A DNA stretch of 64,000 nt, from the NCBI GenBank assembly GCA_030141605.1, contig JAQGDQ010001022.1, forward strand, positions 1-64,000. Direction: 5' to 3'. Of this stretch, positions 40,870 through 54,049 are shown in pieces. Below the pieces are notes generated by a model that was given only the letters and a program-made list of their open reading frames with translations, did not search any database and was not told where the DNA came from. This DNA comes from Tubiluchus corallicola. Lineage: Eukaryota; Animalia; Priapulida. Each line of letters starts with the position of its first letter. Position 1 is the stretch's first letter. A program made the translations under genes and the position numbers.

Positions 40870-42600
40870 CACAGCACCTCTCATGATTTGATGTCATGTT
40901 CCCCTACTTGCTGCCACTAGCCAAATTTTCACGTTATTTAAGTCAGGTGGAGTATTTAACTCTTTCTTCAGAACATCTGAAAATCTGATCAGATGTCCTC
41001 CTTTTGGTTTCCTCCCAGGTATTAGTGCTTGATGTAATGCTGTAGTAAGTGGAGAATCTTGTGGTAATCTGATGACATGTCCAATCCGGATGTCCTCCTC
41101 TTGGGTTCCTCCCAGGTATTAGTGCTTGATGTAATGCTGTAGTAAGTGGAGAATCCTGTGGTAATCTGATGACATGTCCAACCTGGATGTCCTCCTCCTG
41201 GTTTCCTCCCAGATATTAGTGCTTGGTGTAATGCTGTAGTAAGTGGAGAATCTTGTGGTAATCTGATGACATGTCCAATCCGGATGTCCTACTCTTAGTT
41301 TCCTCCCAGGTATTAGTACTTCATGTAATGCTGTAGTAAGTGGAGAATCTTGTGGTAATCTGATGACATGTCCAATCCGGATGTCCTCCTCTTGGGTTCC
41401 TCCCAGATATTAGTGCTTGACGTAATGCTGTAGTAAGTGGAGAATCCTGTGGTAATCTGATGACATGTCCAATCCGGATGTCCTCCTCTTGGTTTCCTCC
41501 CAGGTATTAGTACTTCATGTAATGCTGTAGTAAGTGGAGAATCCTGTGGTAATCTGATGACATGTCCAATCCGGATGTCCTCCTCTTGGTTTCCTCCCAG
41601 GTATTAGTACTTCATGTAATGCTGTAGTAAGTGGAGAATCCTGTGGTAATCTGATGACATGTCCAATCCGGATGTCCTCCTCTTGGTTTCCTCTCAGGTA
41701 TTAGTGCTTGATGTAATGCTGTAGTAAGTGGAGAATCCTGTGGTAATCTGATGACATGTCCAATCCGGATGTCCTCCTCTTGGTTTCCTCCAAGGTATTA
41801 GTGCTTGACGTAATGCTGTAGTAAGTGGAGAATCCTGTGGTAATCTGATGACATGTCCAATTCGGATGTCCTACTCTTAGTTTCCTCCCAGGTATTAGTG
41901 CTTGGTGTAATGCTGTAGTAAGTGGAGAATCTTGTGGTAATCTGATGACATGTCCAATCCGGATGTCCTACTCTTAGTTTCCTCCCAGGTATTAGTACTT
42001 CATGTAATGCTGTAGTAAGTGGAGAATCTTGTGGTAATCTGATGACATGTCCAATCCGGATGTCCTACTCTTAGTTTCCTCCCAGGTATTAGTACTTCAT
42101 GTAATGCTGTAGTAAGTGGAGAATCCTGTGGTAATCTGATGACATGTCCAATCCATCTAAGCTGATGCTTTTGTATAACCTCACTCCATTCCTTCTTCTT
42201 CGTTAAACCACCTAGATCCTGATTTGAAATTTTCTTTGGCAATTTTGAACCCAACATCTTTCTGCACAGTCGTCTTTAGAAAGCATTGATTTCATTCTTC
42301 TGGGCAACTTTGACTGTCCACAATTCACAATTATACAAGAATACAAGTTCTACAAATGTTGACAGAATATGTAGTTTAGTTTCTGTGGAAAGATTCAGAT
42401 TTTCAAAAATGCAGTCCAGGTTAATATTTTTCTGTTTGCCGTGTCAACTTCAATACCTAGTGAACTACCAAGGCATTTGCAATTCTTCCAAGACGTATCG
42501 CCACCACGTTGTATAATGTATTGTTCTGTTTTGGCATCATTTATCTTTAAATTGAAGTTTCTCAGGCGACTTGCGCTAAATACAAGTCCAACGGTCTTTG
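40870..42600 (-). mobile_element. RTE-clade LINE fragment (RT thumb to C-terminus), internally amplified
   Basis: NLKINDAKTE, KCLGS, FLYNCELWT, HQLRWIGHVIRLP motifs with stops and frameshifts. Confidence 0.8.
40992..42152. repeat. 97-bp minisatellite, ~12 copies, derived from the RTE ORF
   Basis: Unit encodes (minus) IGHVIRLPQDSPLTTALHEVLIPGRKPRGGH and is continuous with LINE sequence on both sides. Confidence 0.95.
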
Positions 42601-42662
42601 ATTTATGTTTTACCGTCCAAAATGGCCAATCATCGTCATATTCCAAAATCACTATCACATCA

Positions 42663-42955
42663 TGACAGACTTGACTGACTGACTGACTGACTGACTGACT
42701 GACTGACTGACTGACTGACTGACTGACTGACTGAGTGACTGACTGAGTGACTGACTGAGTGACTGACTGAGTGACTGACTGACTGACTGACTGACTGACT
42801 GACTGACTGACTGACTGACTGACTGACTGACTGACTGACTGACTGACTGACTGACTGACTGACTGACTGACTGACTGACTGACGACTGAGTGACTGAGTG
42901 ACTGACTGACTGACTGACTGACTGACTGACCGACCGACCGACCGACTGACTGACA
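42663..42955. repeat. (GACT)n microsatellite
   Basis: Direct reading. Confidence 0.96.
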
Positions 42956-43344
42956 TATTATGTGCGACTCGACTTCATTTCATCGAAGCAAATAAAAACA
43001 TTTTCTACTAATCCAACGTCAAAAAATTAATTAATTGGTATGACGAAAATGAATAATAATAAGATGAAATATGAAGAAATCAAACTTACATCTTTACCGC
43101 ATCTTACTAACTTGCTAAAGAGAACTCGACTGACAAAATTTTGTTATAAAACGACACGACGTACTGAACAAGAATGACTTCTTTCCTATCCTGTCTGCAA
43201 AATGAGGCCAATGGCCTAATTCTTGTCCCAGCTCACCTATCGATCAACAGCCTAATTTTGCAAAAACAAACACAAGGGGGCACCACGTGCTTATATCCAA
43301 AACACCGCCGCAAATTCACCAATGCTAGTTGCTACCCAAGCATA

Positions 43345-43686
43345 TTCTAATCTCCTCAATATTTTCTACCTCCCTAATAATTAGTTACGTTTATTTAGTG
43401 TTATATAGAAATTAATCTTTTCTCATCACAAATATTACCGTTACAATCCTCTTCAGTTTTGCTTGGAAGTCGCCATGTCAAATTATTGACTAATTCAGTC
43501 TGAAGTAATCCTATTTTCTTTACACTAATAATCATTATGTCTTGTTACATTAACATAATAATAATAGTTACATAATTTTTCACTGGCCCTACACTCCTCC
43601 CACAAAAACCTAAATTTGCCCATTGGTAATATTACTTTGATGAACTTGTTTTAGTTTTACGTGTGAAATAAAATATCGTAGTTCAT
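43345..43686 (+). mobile_element. Dispersed repeat family D (second copy at 61145-61378 plus 61770-61875)
   Basis: TTACAATCCTCTTCAGTTTTGCTTGGA.GTCGCCATGTCAAATTATTGACTAATTCAGTC shared between copies. Confidence 0.72.
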
Positions 43687-44307
43687 AGGTCATAATACAG
43701 CATGAGCAAGAGACTCGAAAAAAGAGATCCAAATATTGAAAGGAGCCATTGTTTCCTCCGCACCAACTTACTCCAATATCCCTCCGCTTATATAGTCCTA
43801 AAAGTTTGCGAGTTCGTTGTCAACATGTATTCGCTGCTAATGAACTACGCTCTTGTCCAGTTTGTATTTTATTTTACAGATAAAGATTTCTAAACAAACT
43901 TGGCTAATAAGGCATGTCCGAGGTCGAACTGACCAGCGATAACCTCAGCGGATTGATCTAGAAATGTTATCAACGCAAAAGTTTGGGAGCTGCCCTAAAA
44001 CGAAAATAAATAATTTGCCTCGCTGGAAGCATCACTTGTAGGAATTTCGTCGGGCGGAAGTTCGTTTGCTAGACAGGTGAAAAACAGCATCCGCAATTTC
44101 CGTAATTTGAAAGAAATTAAACTTTTCGACATCATGAAATGTACAATCGACTTTGGCCTGAAAACATGCCTGCTTAGAGTGGTTGGAGATTAGTATTTTC
44201 CCATAAAGGAAAAAATCAAGTTATTCTAAGAATGAAAATTTACAAAGTTACAGTGCAAAAAGTTTCATTAGGCAGTGCAAATTTCCGCGACTTATCCTAG
44301 CAATATC

Positions 44308-44522
44308 CGTAGATACGCCCACGTATTTGTAGATCCGCCAACGTATTTGTAGATCCGCCCACGTATTTGTAGATCCGCCCACGCATTTGTAGATCCGCCC
44401 ACTTATTTGTAGATCCGCCCCCGTATTTGTAGATCCGCCCCCGTATTTGTAGATCCACCCAAGTACTTGTAGATCCGCCCCCGTATTTGTAGATCCGCCC
44501 AAGTATTTGTAGATCCGCCCAA
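44308..44522. repeat. 20-bp minisatellite, ~10 copies (GTAGATCCGCCCACGTATTT)
   Basis: Direct reading. Confidence 0.92.
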
Positions 44523-45019
44523 CTATTGAATTTTTGAAAGACTCTTGCGACTTGTTACTGGAGTGCCTGCCCTTTCCTGCCCTCTCATGGAGCAGAAATC
44601 GAAACACTGAAAAACTTACTGCAGTATATCTTCCCGCTCACAGATCCGCCTCGGTATCCGAATGTTGAATTCGTCTTCTAATTTGTCCAGATCGTGTCCT
44701 CCGACCTGCTGTTGTTTGTTTTTGGACGCTAATGTTTATTTTCCCTAGCCGCGAGGCCACCGGCTTCCAATCTGGTGCATAAACCACGTGGTTGTTTTCA
44801 TTTAAAACACGGTTAATTTTGCCTAATTGCAGGATCCGCATGGTACGGCGTGCAAATGGTGTTACAGCTATACAGGCTTTCATTTGTTAAAAAAGAAATC
44901 AGAGAGAACCGATTTATTCATTCATAGCAAGGTTAGCTCAAACATAACCAGGAAAATAGAACCCCGAGGATTCGAGATTGTTCTAGAGCAATAAGCCTTT
45001 TCGTAGTTTCGTTGTGCAC

Positions 45020-45750
45020 ACGCGCAGTTGCTGTAGGTCAAAGGTTAAGTGTAGCACAGTAACATTGTCTTAGTTACAACCGTCACGTGACATGTGGGTA
45101 AAGCAAAGCCGTCTGCTGCATCAGTTCAGTAGCTTCACTTTTTCTATGAGGACTTTACTTGATGTTGTAGAGATCGCTGGCATCTATTAGAATTACACAG
45201 AACATTGTAGAATGTTCCGTTAGAATAATCGTCTTACATTGTAGAATGTTCTAGAAGGTAACGTCTAGAATGTTCTCTGGCATCCTATATAAGGTGAAGC
45301 AGGCCGCTGAGAGATACACACAGATTCACACGGACGTCACTTACACATTCTCTTGTATACTTGTATTTTCAGATACACTTTTCCAGATTTTCACGTTTAC
45401 TGTAAACATTTCGCGTTCCTTCATACTTTTGTGTTGTAGAATTCTCGCTTAATAAACTAGTTTAATTTGACGGCGTGTTTTCTGGTTTTCTCTACGAGCC
45501 TTCCGAGAGAAACAAAACAAAACACAACACTTGATTATGAATTAGCCTTTGCGAGATCTTGTTTGAAGAACAAGAAAAATTAATTAGATCAGGTTCTATA
45601 GCTAGTATTTGTCCCTTTTCTTAATTACTGTTACAAAAGCCTGGGCTGCGAGGCATTCTCAAACGTACACAAATGTGCTGTCTGATACATTTAACCTCTG
45701 ACCTTTTCACGATCATCATCAATCACTGGAACTGTAAAATGCTTATGGTT
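45020..45750 (+). mobile_element. Dispersed repeat family C, interrupted by a solo LTR
   Basis: The two flanks join to match the uninterrupted copy at 60565-60880. Confidence 0.75.
45163..45529 (+). mobile_element. Solo LTR (BEL/Pao-like), 367 bp, 5-bp TSD CTTGA
   Basis: TGTTG...CAACA termini, internal TATATAA and AATAAA, CTTGA at 45158-45162 and 45530-45534. Confidence 0.9.
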
Positions 45751-45978
45751 TCTGCTTTAGAAGTTTACCGGACTATTTTTATGAAAAGTGACTTGAACTT
45801 GCCAACACCGAAAGAACCCCAGTCGGGTTGGGAAGAAGAAAAATCGACTATGGACACGCTGAGCTTACTTGTCTTTAGGCTTGCATGATCTAGACAATAT
45901 TGGCCGCATTTCTTATTATACTATTGCTGTTATGTGTTGCAGGTACAAATGTCTTGCTCCATTCCCCCTTCCCAGGTA

Positions 45979-46635
45979 GACTGTAGTAATATGAGCTAGA
46001 CTACTTTTCTACTCTTACATTTTATGCCACAACACGTGAGACTGTAGTATTATGAGCTAGACTACTTTTCTACTCTTACATTGTATGCCACAATACGGTA
46101 GACTGTAGTATTATGAGCTAGACTACTTTTCTACTCTTACATTGTATGCCACAATACGTTGGACTGTAGTATTATGAGCTAGACTACTTTTCTACTCTTA
46201 CATTGTATGCCACAATACGTTAGACTGTAGTATTACGAGCTAGACTACTTTTCTACTCTTACATTGTATGTCACAATACGTTAGACTGTAGTATTATGAG
46301 CTAGACTACTTTTCTACCCTTACATTGTATGCCACAATACGTTGGACTGTAGTAATATGAGCTAGACTATTTTTCTACTCTTACATTGTATGCCACAATA
46401 CGTTGGACTGTAGTAATATGAGCTAGACTACTTTTCTACTCTTACATTGTATGCCACAATACGTTGGACTGTAGTAATATGAGCTAGACTACTTTTCTAC
46501 TCTTACATTGTATGCCACAATACGTTGAACTGTAGTAATATGAGCTAGACTACTTATATACTCTTACATTGTATGCCACAATACGTCAGACCGTAGTATT
46601 ATGAGCTAGACTACTTTTCTACTGTTACATTGTAT
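45979..46635. repeat. 61-bp minisatellite, ~11 copies
   Basis: Unit CTGTAGTAATATGAGCTAGACTACTTTTCTACTCTTACATTGTATGCCACAATACGTTGGA. Confidence 0.96.
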
Positions 46636-48337
46636 AGGCAAAACTTGTTATGTACGCACGTCTCTGTTGTGTTTAAAATTTGACCTGTGATTAGGCTGCA
46701 ACTGGCTGACCTTTTGCTGACATTTTGGCATTTCTGAACTCAATATTGGACCAATAATTTATTTATGAATTTTAGCTTTCTAGTCTAGTTTAGTACTCTG
46801 CAAAATGTATTTTTCTAGTACGTATTTCAGTAATTCTGTTTTTTTAGTTTATTTGACATTTATACATGTATTAAAATTGTATTAAAGAAAGAATAAGCAG
46901 GCGCATGCGCACTTACGCTGATTCTATAAGACATAAAAAGATGCACAAAAATAAAATTTATAAAAACAATTCCCTAAAATTGAATATTTCTCATTAAAAA
47001 GCTCCTAATAAAATGTACCTAAATATGAATTACGTACTATATACAACACGTTTTATACAATAATACGATTTGGAGAGAACCAATTACGCCAATGTAGATA
47101 TAATAGTTGTAGCTAACCAGTATAATTACGTAATAATTTTGTAGACTAGAGCAAATTTGTATTTTTTGCAGAATAAACAACTTAGCTATGTAAACGCAAC
47201 ACTGGTTTGAGCGCGTGCGCTATAATATGTATTAATTGTTATACGTATTATCGTAAATATAGGCCTGTTGGCCTGTGATTTTCTTTCTATAAAATATAAT
47301 GGGTCGATGGTTGTTCAAAACACTTTATGACAGCGTTGGAAAAGTAGCTAAACCCAATTGTATATTTTTTTCATAAGATAATATGCTTTTAAGCATTTCT
47401 CCTTCAATTTAATTGAACTTTGACTAAACGCGCGAAGACCAAACAATTCTATACCAAAAATTCTTGAAACATAATACTAGCCCTTCAGCATTTTGGACTG
47501 GAAACTATTTAAATAAACTACATGAACTATAAATTTCATTTCACACATCAAAAAATACAATATCAAACACATGAATAAACTTTAAATAAAATAATTTGAG
47601 TAGTGCGAGGTGAGTGTACGACCATACGGTCATTAACACACTCACCTTACTTAAATGAAAAAAATGATTATAGTCATGCATGCTGCTGTAGATAACTTAA
47701 TGTAAATAAGGATGAAGTAAATGATGTAATAATAGCAATGGTATAAGAGCAATAAACCTGAAAGATGAGAAAGGAAAACATAATATGTAATTACGACTTT
47801 GAGTGAGCCTTAAAGAGTGAAATTTTTTTTAAATAGTTACGAATATGAATTATGTGATTATCTGTCAATGTACCACTTACTTGTATTACAATGCACCATA
47901 TTGCTTACTTGTATATACGATGTTATACATATACACATATATGTACCCAAATTTAAGTGGGGGAGAAGAGATTCAATTGTACATTATACTTGTAGTAATA
48001 ACTATAATTGTATAGAACATTTAAATATAATTGATGGTAGTAATGCAGCCATCAAAATGCATCAGCGAAAGAAATTATTAATGTTTTTATGGCTGTAGTA
48101 ATGCCTTTAAAGTTTTCTTCAGTATTTTGATCTGGTTGGTAGAATCTTTTGCAGTTTTCTTTACATCTGGTGCTATAATACTGGTCCCTGTGTACGAAAC
48201 TGACATGCAATTAATAAATGGCTTCATTAGCGTGGAAACTCGTGGAAAATCTGGGTCGTAGAACACGCCCTTGGTAAAGTAACTCTGATCTTGCAGAGTC
48301 TGCAAACCGTTATTTTTCTGTTCAAATGACATCAATC

Positions 48338-48870
48338 ATTACAAATACATTAACAACATCAGCAAACCATTCCAGAATAACAGATTTACCTTTTTTCCAA
48401 ATCCTATCGTTAATTCCAGAACAAGCAATCTAAAACAAATTAGTACAAATACCCACTATGGAACGAACTCTGTAATCAAACAAGCAATTCTACTTTGGAA
48501 TTCTCTACCATAACAGGTTAAACAAATCAAGTCCCTATCAGCATTTAAATCACTAATATTAACCAGATATGAAATACCATCACACCAGCACGACAACATA
48601 CATACTAATTCAGAATTTATATATCCGCGGCCATATTAATTAAATCATAGTTTTTCATTTTTTGTGCATAGTTGTAAATATGTTTGATTTTATTCGTCGT
48701 TACTTTCCATTACTGCACAGTAGTTTAGATTGCACTGACGCATTTGCCTTTAGCAGTGTAAGTTTTTATTAACTAACACTGACTGATCATCTCTGTAAAA
48801 TTTTTATCAGTGATTATCAATGTATTTTAATGGCAAATAAAGATTATTATATATATATATATATATATTA
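48338..48870 (+). mobile_element. L2/Crack-type LINE 3' fragment
   Basis: YKYINN...NTHYGTNSVIKQAILLWNSLP*QVKQIKSLSAFKSLI, then 3'UTR, AATAAA and (TA)n. Confidence 0.7.
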
Positions 48871-49299
48871 ATACAAGCGATAACATAAAAAAGTAGATTA
48901 CTCCCGAAAAAAGCCTCGAAAACAAAGTCGTACGCTCCCAGCAAATTGCATTACCTGGAATCAATTTGAGAACTCGAAAATATGGCGACTTTTTGCGAAA
49001 AATGATTTCTCCCTCTTCACAGCTGCAGCAGATATCCGGCTTTTTGCCTTCCCAATTTAACAACATATCTTTCCCGTTGGGCTTCCAGTGGTTTTGTCAA
49101 CAGAGCTGTGATTCAGTTTCACCAACAGTAGAACACGAAATTGAGTTCATGATGCCGATTTTGGTGGTGATGATGATGACGATGACGATGACGAAGATTG
49201 TGATAATCAGATGATGATTGTTTGTCATACAGAAATACAGTTTCATTCTTTCTATTTCGAAAAATTATCTAAAGAATTCAATTGGAACTGTACTATCTC

Positions 49300-49375
49300 A
49301 ATAAAAACTAAGTTAAGAGTCACGCAAGGTTCCGTCTTAGGACTGCTGTTCTTTCTGATACACATCAGTAACACA
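49300..49375 (+). mobile_element. Small non-LTR RT remnant
   Basis: RVTQGSVLGLLFFLIHIS resembles GVPQGSVLGPLLFLIYIND. Confidence 0.55.
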
Positions 49376-49384
49376 AATACACTT

Positions 49385-49885
49385 CACAATTTCGCGTTTG
49401 TGTCACTAGTTCTTCGCTCTTACATGCATTTTACCAGTCGCTAGTTCGACAGGCACAGCGCCTGCATTTCGGAAACTCGTTGAACAAAAAACAGGTGCTG
49501 TACCTTTCATTTCAGATGTGTTAGTTTGTGACGAATCACACACGTTCGACAACTCATGCGTGAGTACACCGATAAATTTGAAATTTGAATTTTTATCCTA
49601 AAAGTTTCCTAGCTTTAGTACAACAAACTAAACATCTTACAGTAGCACTGTACTTTAATTTTCGCTTTCAAAAACGCGTGCAGCATGCTTATGGAATATT
49701 TTTGCTATTGAAAATTATGTTAGTTTGTGATGTCAACAACAGTTGGGCTCGCCTGCCGTTAATTAACTTTTTAATCTATTATTTAATTATCAGAAATGCA
49801 TTTGCAGCATTAATTGTGTTAAAATGTATACTTTTATCGAATTTGAAAGCGAGGTAGATATGAGAAATCATCCTGTCTACTTTAA
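49385..49885 (+). mobile_element. Kolobok-like MITE family A
   Basis: Family body; ends CATCCTGTCTACTTTAA. Confidence 0.78.
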
Positions 49886-50539
49886 TGCAGGCGTAGCAAT
49901 TATAACCGTCACTCGTCTGGTCTCAAAGGCTTCCGAATTTCATCCCACACGTTACAAACTACACAGCTGACGTACGCAACGACTTTCTAGTTTCATCCCC
50001 CACACACAGTAAACGTAAAAAATGAAATGGCGGCGCCTAGCATGTCATCAGTGGAAATGCTTTAACGGGATAATTCCAAGCCTAAACATTGCAGAGACGA
50101 GCTCTTTGGGATATTTGTTTACAGGAAAAACGGAAGCCGAGATAGCGACTGACAGATTTGAGCAGTATCGGTTCTACGCACTTAACAAACTGAAACGGGA
50201 GCGTTCCTGGTCCAGACTGTAAAATGCTCAAAGCCAAAAGCAATAGAAACATACGTTTTTTGCCACATTATCCAAACGATCAAGTTGAACGATTCGGAAC
50301 GTGATCCCTCGTTGAAGCAACCGCCCATCATTACTTCTATTGACACGTTTAATAGTACGGAACGGTGCACGAAAATAGGTGACATAGTTAGATTATGAAA
50401 AGAAACACGTAACAAAGACAAACAGAAGATTTGTTTACCGTCGCAGTTACAACAACACAGGTACAGAGGCAACATACAAACAACAAACAACACGTAGGAT
50501 GACGTGTAAACAATGAAATCCCTCCCTAAAGCCGCCTGT

Positions 50540-51090
50540 GATTCCAATATTGTTGAAAAATTTCTTATAGCTTTCACTACAGTGAAATTCCAGTCTTACA
50601 GATTGGAAATTGAGACAGGTAGATGGAGTCGCCAACAGGTGGAAGACAGACTGTGTGAATGTGATCCTGTCCATGAGACAGGTAGATGGAGTCGCCAACC
50701 GGTGGAAAACAGACTGTGTGAATGTGATGGTGTCCATGAGACAGGTAGATGGAGTCGCCAACCGGTGGAAGACAGACCGTGTGAATGTGATGGTGTCCAT
50801 GAGACAGGTAGATGGAGTGTGGAAAACAGATTGTGTGAATGTGGTGCTGTCCATAAGACAGGTAGATGGAGTCGCCAACAGGTGGAAGACAGACTGTGTG
50901 AATGTGATCCTGTCCATGAGACAGGTAGATGGAGTCGCCAACTGGTGGAAAACAGACTGTGTGAATGTGGTGCTGTCCATGAGACAGGTAGATGGAGTCG
51001 CCAACTGGTGGAAAACAGACTGTGTGAATGTGGTGCTGTCCATGAGACAGGTAGATGGAGTGTGGAAAACAGACTGTGTGAATGTGATTG
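50540..51090 (+). repeat. 63/54-bp minisatellite (~8 copies) derived from a LINE C-terminal zinc-knuckle region
   Basis: SYRLEIETGRWSRQQVEDRLCEC resembles the SHRLEIETGR...R.C..C motif of RTEX/L2-like ORF2; units repeat in frame from 50612. Confidence 0.85.
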
Positions 51091-51635
51091 GCTGTCACAA
51101 TGTTGGCAGATTGTCATATTCGCATGGACTTCCGGTTCTTGGTGTTGTCCTTTTTTTCTATTAAGTTATATCTGTAGTTAAATATATTATCTTGCAGGTA
51201 CAAATGTTTTGGTCCATTACCCTTTTTCAAGGTAGTATGTGCATTAGAAGCTACAATATATTAGACTTTAGTTCAACAAGCTAGACTACTTTTTCTACTC
51301 TGACATTGTATAGGTGGAACTTGTTATGTACACACGTCTCTGTTACATTTAGAATTTGACTTATAATTATACTGCTACCTTTTACTGACATTCTGGCTTT
51401 TTCTCGACTCAATATTGGACCAACAATGTATGTATGCATTTTAGCTTTTTAGTGTAACGTAGTAATCTGTAGCACTTATTTTCTTGCACTTGTTTCAGTA
51501 GATTTGTAGAGGTAGTAATTGTAGACTACAGAAAATTTGTATTTTGCCAAATAAACTAACATAGATATGGGAACGCAACTTTGGTTTGAGCGTATACATT
51601 ACATATTATATTTACTACTCGTTACTGAAGCTACC

Positions 51636-52697
51636 TCAGACCACTGAATCCGTCACCACTTCGCTATTACAAGTTACATGGCTGTTCACTTGTTGTCGAT
51701 TCAGTGATGAAACTGAGTCACTTGCTGACAGAGATGATGTACGAACTGCTGACGTGCATCTACCGCACAACATCGTTCTGAACGCGTAGCGAAAGTCTTT
51801 GTTCTTCCACGCGTAAATCAGCGGATTGACCAGAGAATTCGTCAAAACCAACAGGTACCCGACTCGCCTGATTGGTGCATAGAAGGGTTGCCAGGGCGTA
51901 GAGACGGTCACCACACACATTACGCTAAACGGCAGCCAGCAAGCCACGAACGTACCAACCACAATGAAGAGAATTTTGGCTGCTTTGTTGTTTTTCTTGA
52001 AAGTTTGCTCTTGCGATGCCTCGCTGTGTATCTGGCGCATGTGCTGCCGCGCGATTTTAAAAAGTTGCGAATACACGATCAACATGAACATGGCGATGAC
52101 GAAAAAGTTACAGCAAACGAAGTACAGCAGGCCCTCGTTCAACGTGAACTCCAACAAGCATAGAACGCCTTGGTAAAATTTGTGTTTGTAATGGACCCAA
52201 CAACTCACAAAAATCGAATAGCACCAGGTACAAGCGATGATAACTTTAATACGAAACGGTTTTATCAGCATCGGATATCTCAAGGGATAAGCAATAGCTA
52301 TGAATCGATCAATTGTAACAGTTAACAAAGTCATTATTGATTCCAACATCAGTATTATCAACATATTGTACATTAACAAGCAAACAGTTTTCGACAGCAT
52401 CTCAGGAATCGTGTACATTACAGACATCATCAGATGAATATATACTCCAGTTAAAGCATCGGTAACTGCCAGATTTGCCACGTAGATATTCGAGTAAGAC
52501 TGAAGTCGCTCGTACTTTAATATAGCAGCGATTACGAAGATGTTTGAGGATTCGATACAGAAGCCCAGAAGATTAAATAAGAAAAGATTCATTAGGATCT
52601 GGCTTCTTGGGGGTGCGTTAAAAGGGCTTGGCGAATTGACATCCTCTTCGAGTGTTGTGTTGTAAACAGTTGTTGCATTTTCGATCATTCTTTCCAT
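51636..52697 (-). CDS. Intronless class A (rhodopsin-like) GPCR, orphan, 353 aa
   Basis: Seven hydrophobic segments; NLAVTD (TM2), TIDRFIAI-YPLRY (TM3), FVACWLP (TM6), NSLVNPLIY (TM7), helix 8 NKDFRYAF; N-terminal NAT/NTT sequons; open frame intact. Confidence 0.95.
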   Translation of the reverse strand: MERMIENATTVYNTTLEEDVNSPSPFNAPPRSQILMNLFLFNLLGFCIESSNIFVIAAILKYERLQSYSNIYVANLAVTDALTGVYIHLMMSVMYTIPEMLSKTVCLLMYNMLIILMLESIMTLLTVTIDRFIAIAYPLRYPMLIKPFRIKVIIACTWCYSIFVSCWVHYKHKFYQGVLCLLEFTLNEGLLYFVCCNFFVIAMFMLIVYSQLFKIARQHMRQIHSEASQEQTFKKNNKAAKILFIVVGTFVACWLPFSVMCVVTVSTPWQPFYAPIRRVGYLLVLTNSLVNPLIYAWKNKDFRYAFRTMLCGRCTSAVRTSSLSASDSVSSLNRQQVNSHVTCNSEVVTDSVV

Positions 52698-53419
52698 TGC
52701 AAACTGTCTCCTGCAGTATCAGAAGCTGTATTAATGCATTTGAATGACGAATTCTGTAGGGTTACTGTCGATACACTGTCGCTGATATGACAAATAGAAA
52801 TTACACTGCACTTTCGGGAAATTAATAATATAAGCGAGATCTTGCGCAAATTGCTGTTGAGTTTATCTGTTACAATTTCCGATCCTTCCCGAAAGGAAGT
52901 GCGCGCAAAATCTTAAGAGAGTTTTCTTATAAGTGTTGCTAGCCACGCAATTGTATTTTCGAAAAATCGTTTAACCAGGTAACGTCAATGACACGTACGA
53001 GGTTTGCTAAACTGCGTTGTTTTGTGTGGGTCCATTTCATTCGCGTGCAACCTGTTACTAGTAACACAATGCTAAACTAATTGACGAAGAAACTTCGAGA
53101 AATTATAAAGACAGAATTAGTCTCGCAAACTGAAGTGAAAATTAAGCTTTAGTTGAATGAGACATTGCTGAGAGTAAATTTCAGAAGTTTTTACAAGTAA
53201 GAAGAGCTGCTGTGCTAAAACCAGCAAAACTTGAACGACGTGCCTTTTCAACTGAAAGTAAAATGTCACTTTTTTCGATAAATAATCTTTCTGGAATTTT
53301 AGCCTGCTACGATTGAACTATTTATTACTGCAGATTTCATATTTGTTCTCAAAGACACAAGGACATTTATTAGGAAAATTGGTAAATTCTTAAACTCCCA
53401 ATTGTCTTTAAACCACAGT

Positions 53420-53800
53420 TAACCACCCACACCAGCATCACCACCAACATCACCACCAACCTCACCAACATCACCACCACCACCAACATTACCACCAACC
53501 TCACCAACATCACCTCCACCACCAACATCACAACCACCACCAACATCACCACCAACCATGCCAACATCACCACCACCACCAACATCACCAACATCACCAC
53601 CAATCACGCCAACATCACAACCACCACCAACATCACCACCAACCATGCCAACATCACCACCATCATCAACATCACCAACGTCATCACCAACCTCACCAAC
53701 ATCACCACCACCACCAACATCACCACCATCACCAACATCACCACCAACCACACGAACATCACCACCACCACCACCACCACCACCACCATCACCACCGCCG
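53420..53800. repeat. Imperfect CAC/CAA/CAT triplet tract
   Basis: Direct reading. Confidence 0.93.
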
Positions 53801-54049
53801 TTGTCATCGCATTTTTGTTCGTCATATTTTTCTTGAATATTGTCAACACTATTATCGCAGTCGCCTCATTTTTTTAATTTATATTAAATAAGTTTAAAAA
53901 GGCAAAGTCGATATTTGAACTTAATAAAATTCTTGCTAGAGATAACTATTTTCATCTGACTAAGACACAACGAATGTCAGAAATTTATAAACGTGAATGA
54001 CAACGATTAATATAAGCTTAATTATTATCATACTGACTCGTCGTTTTTC

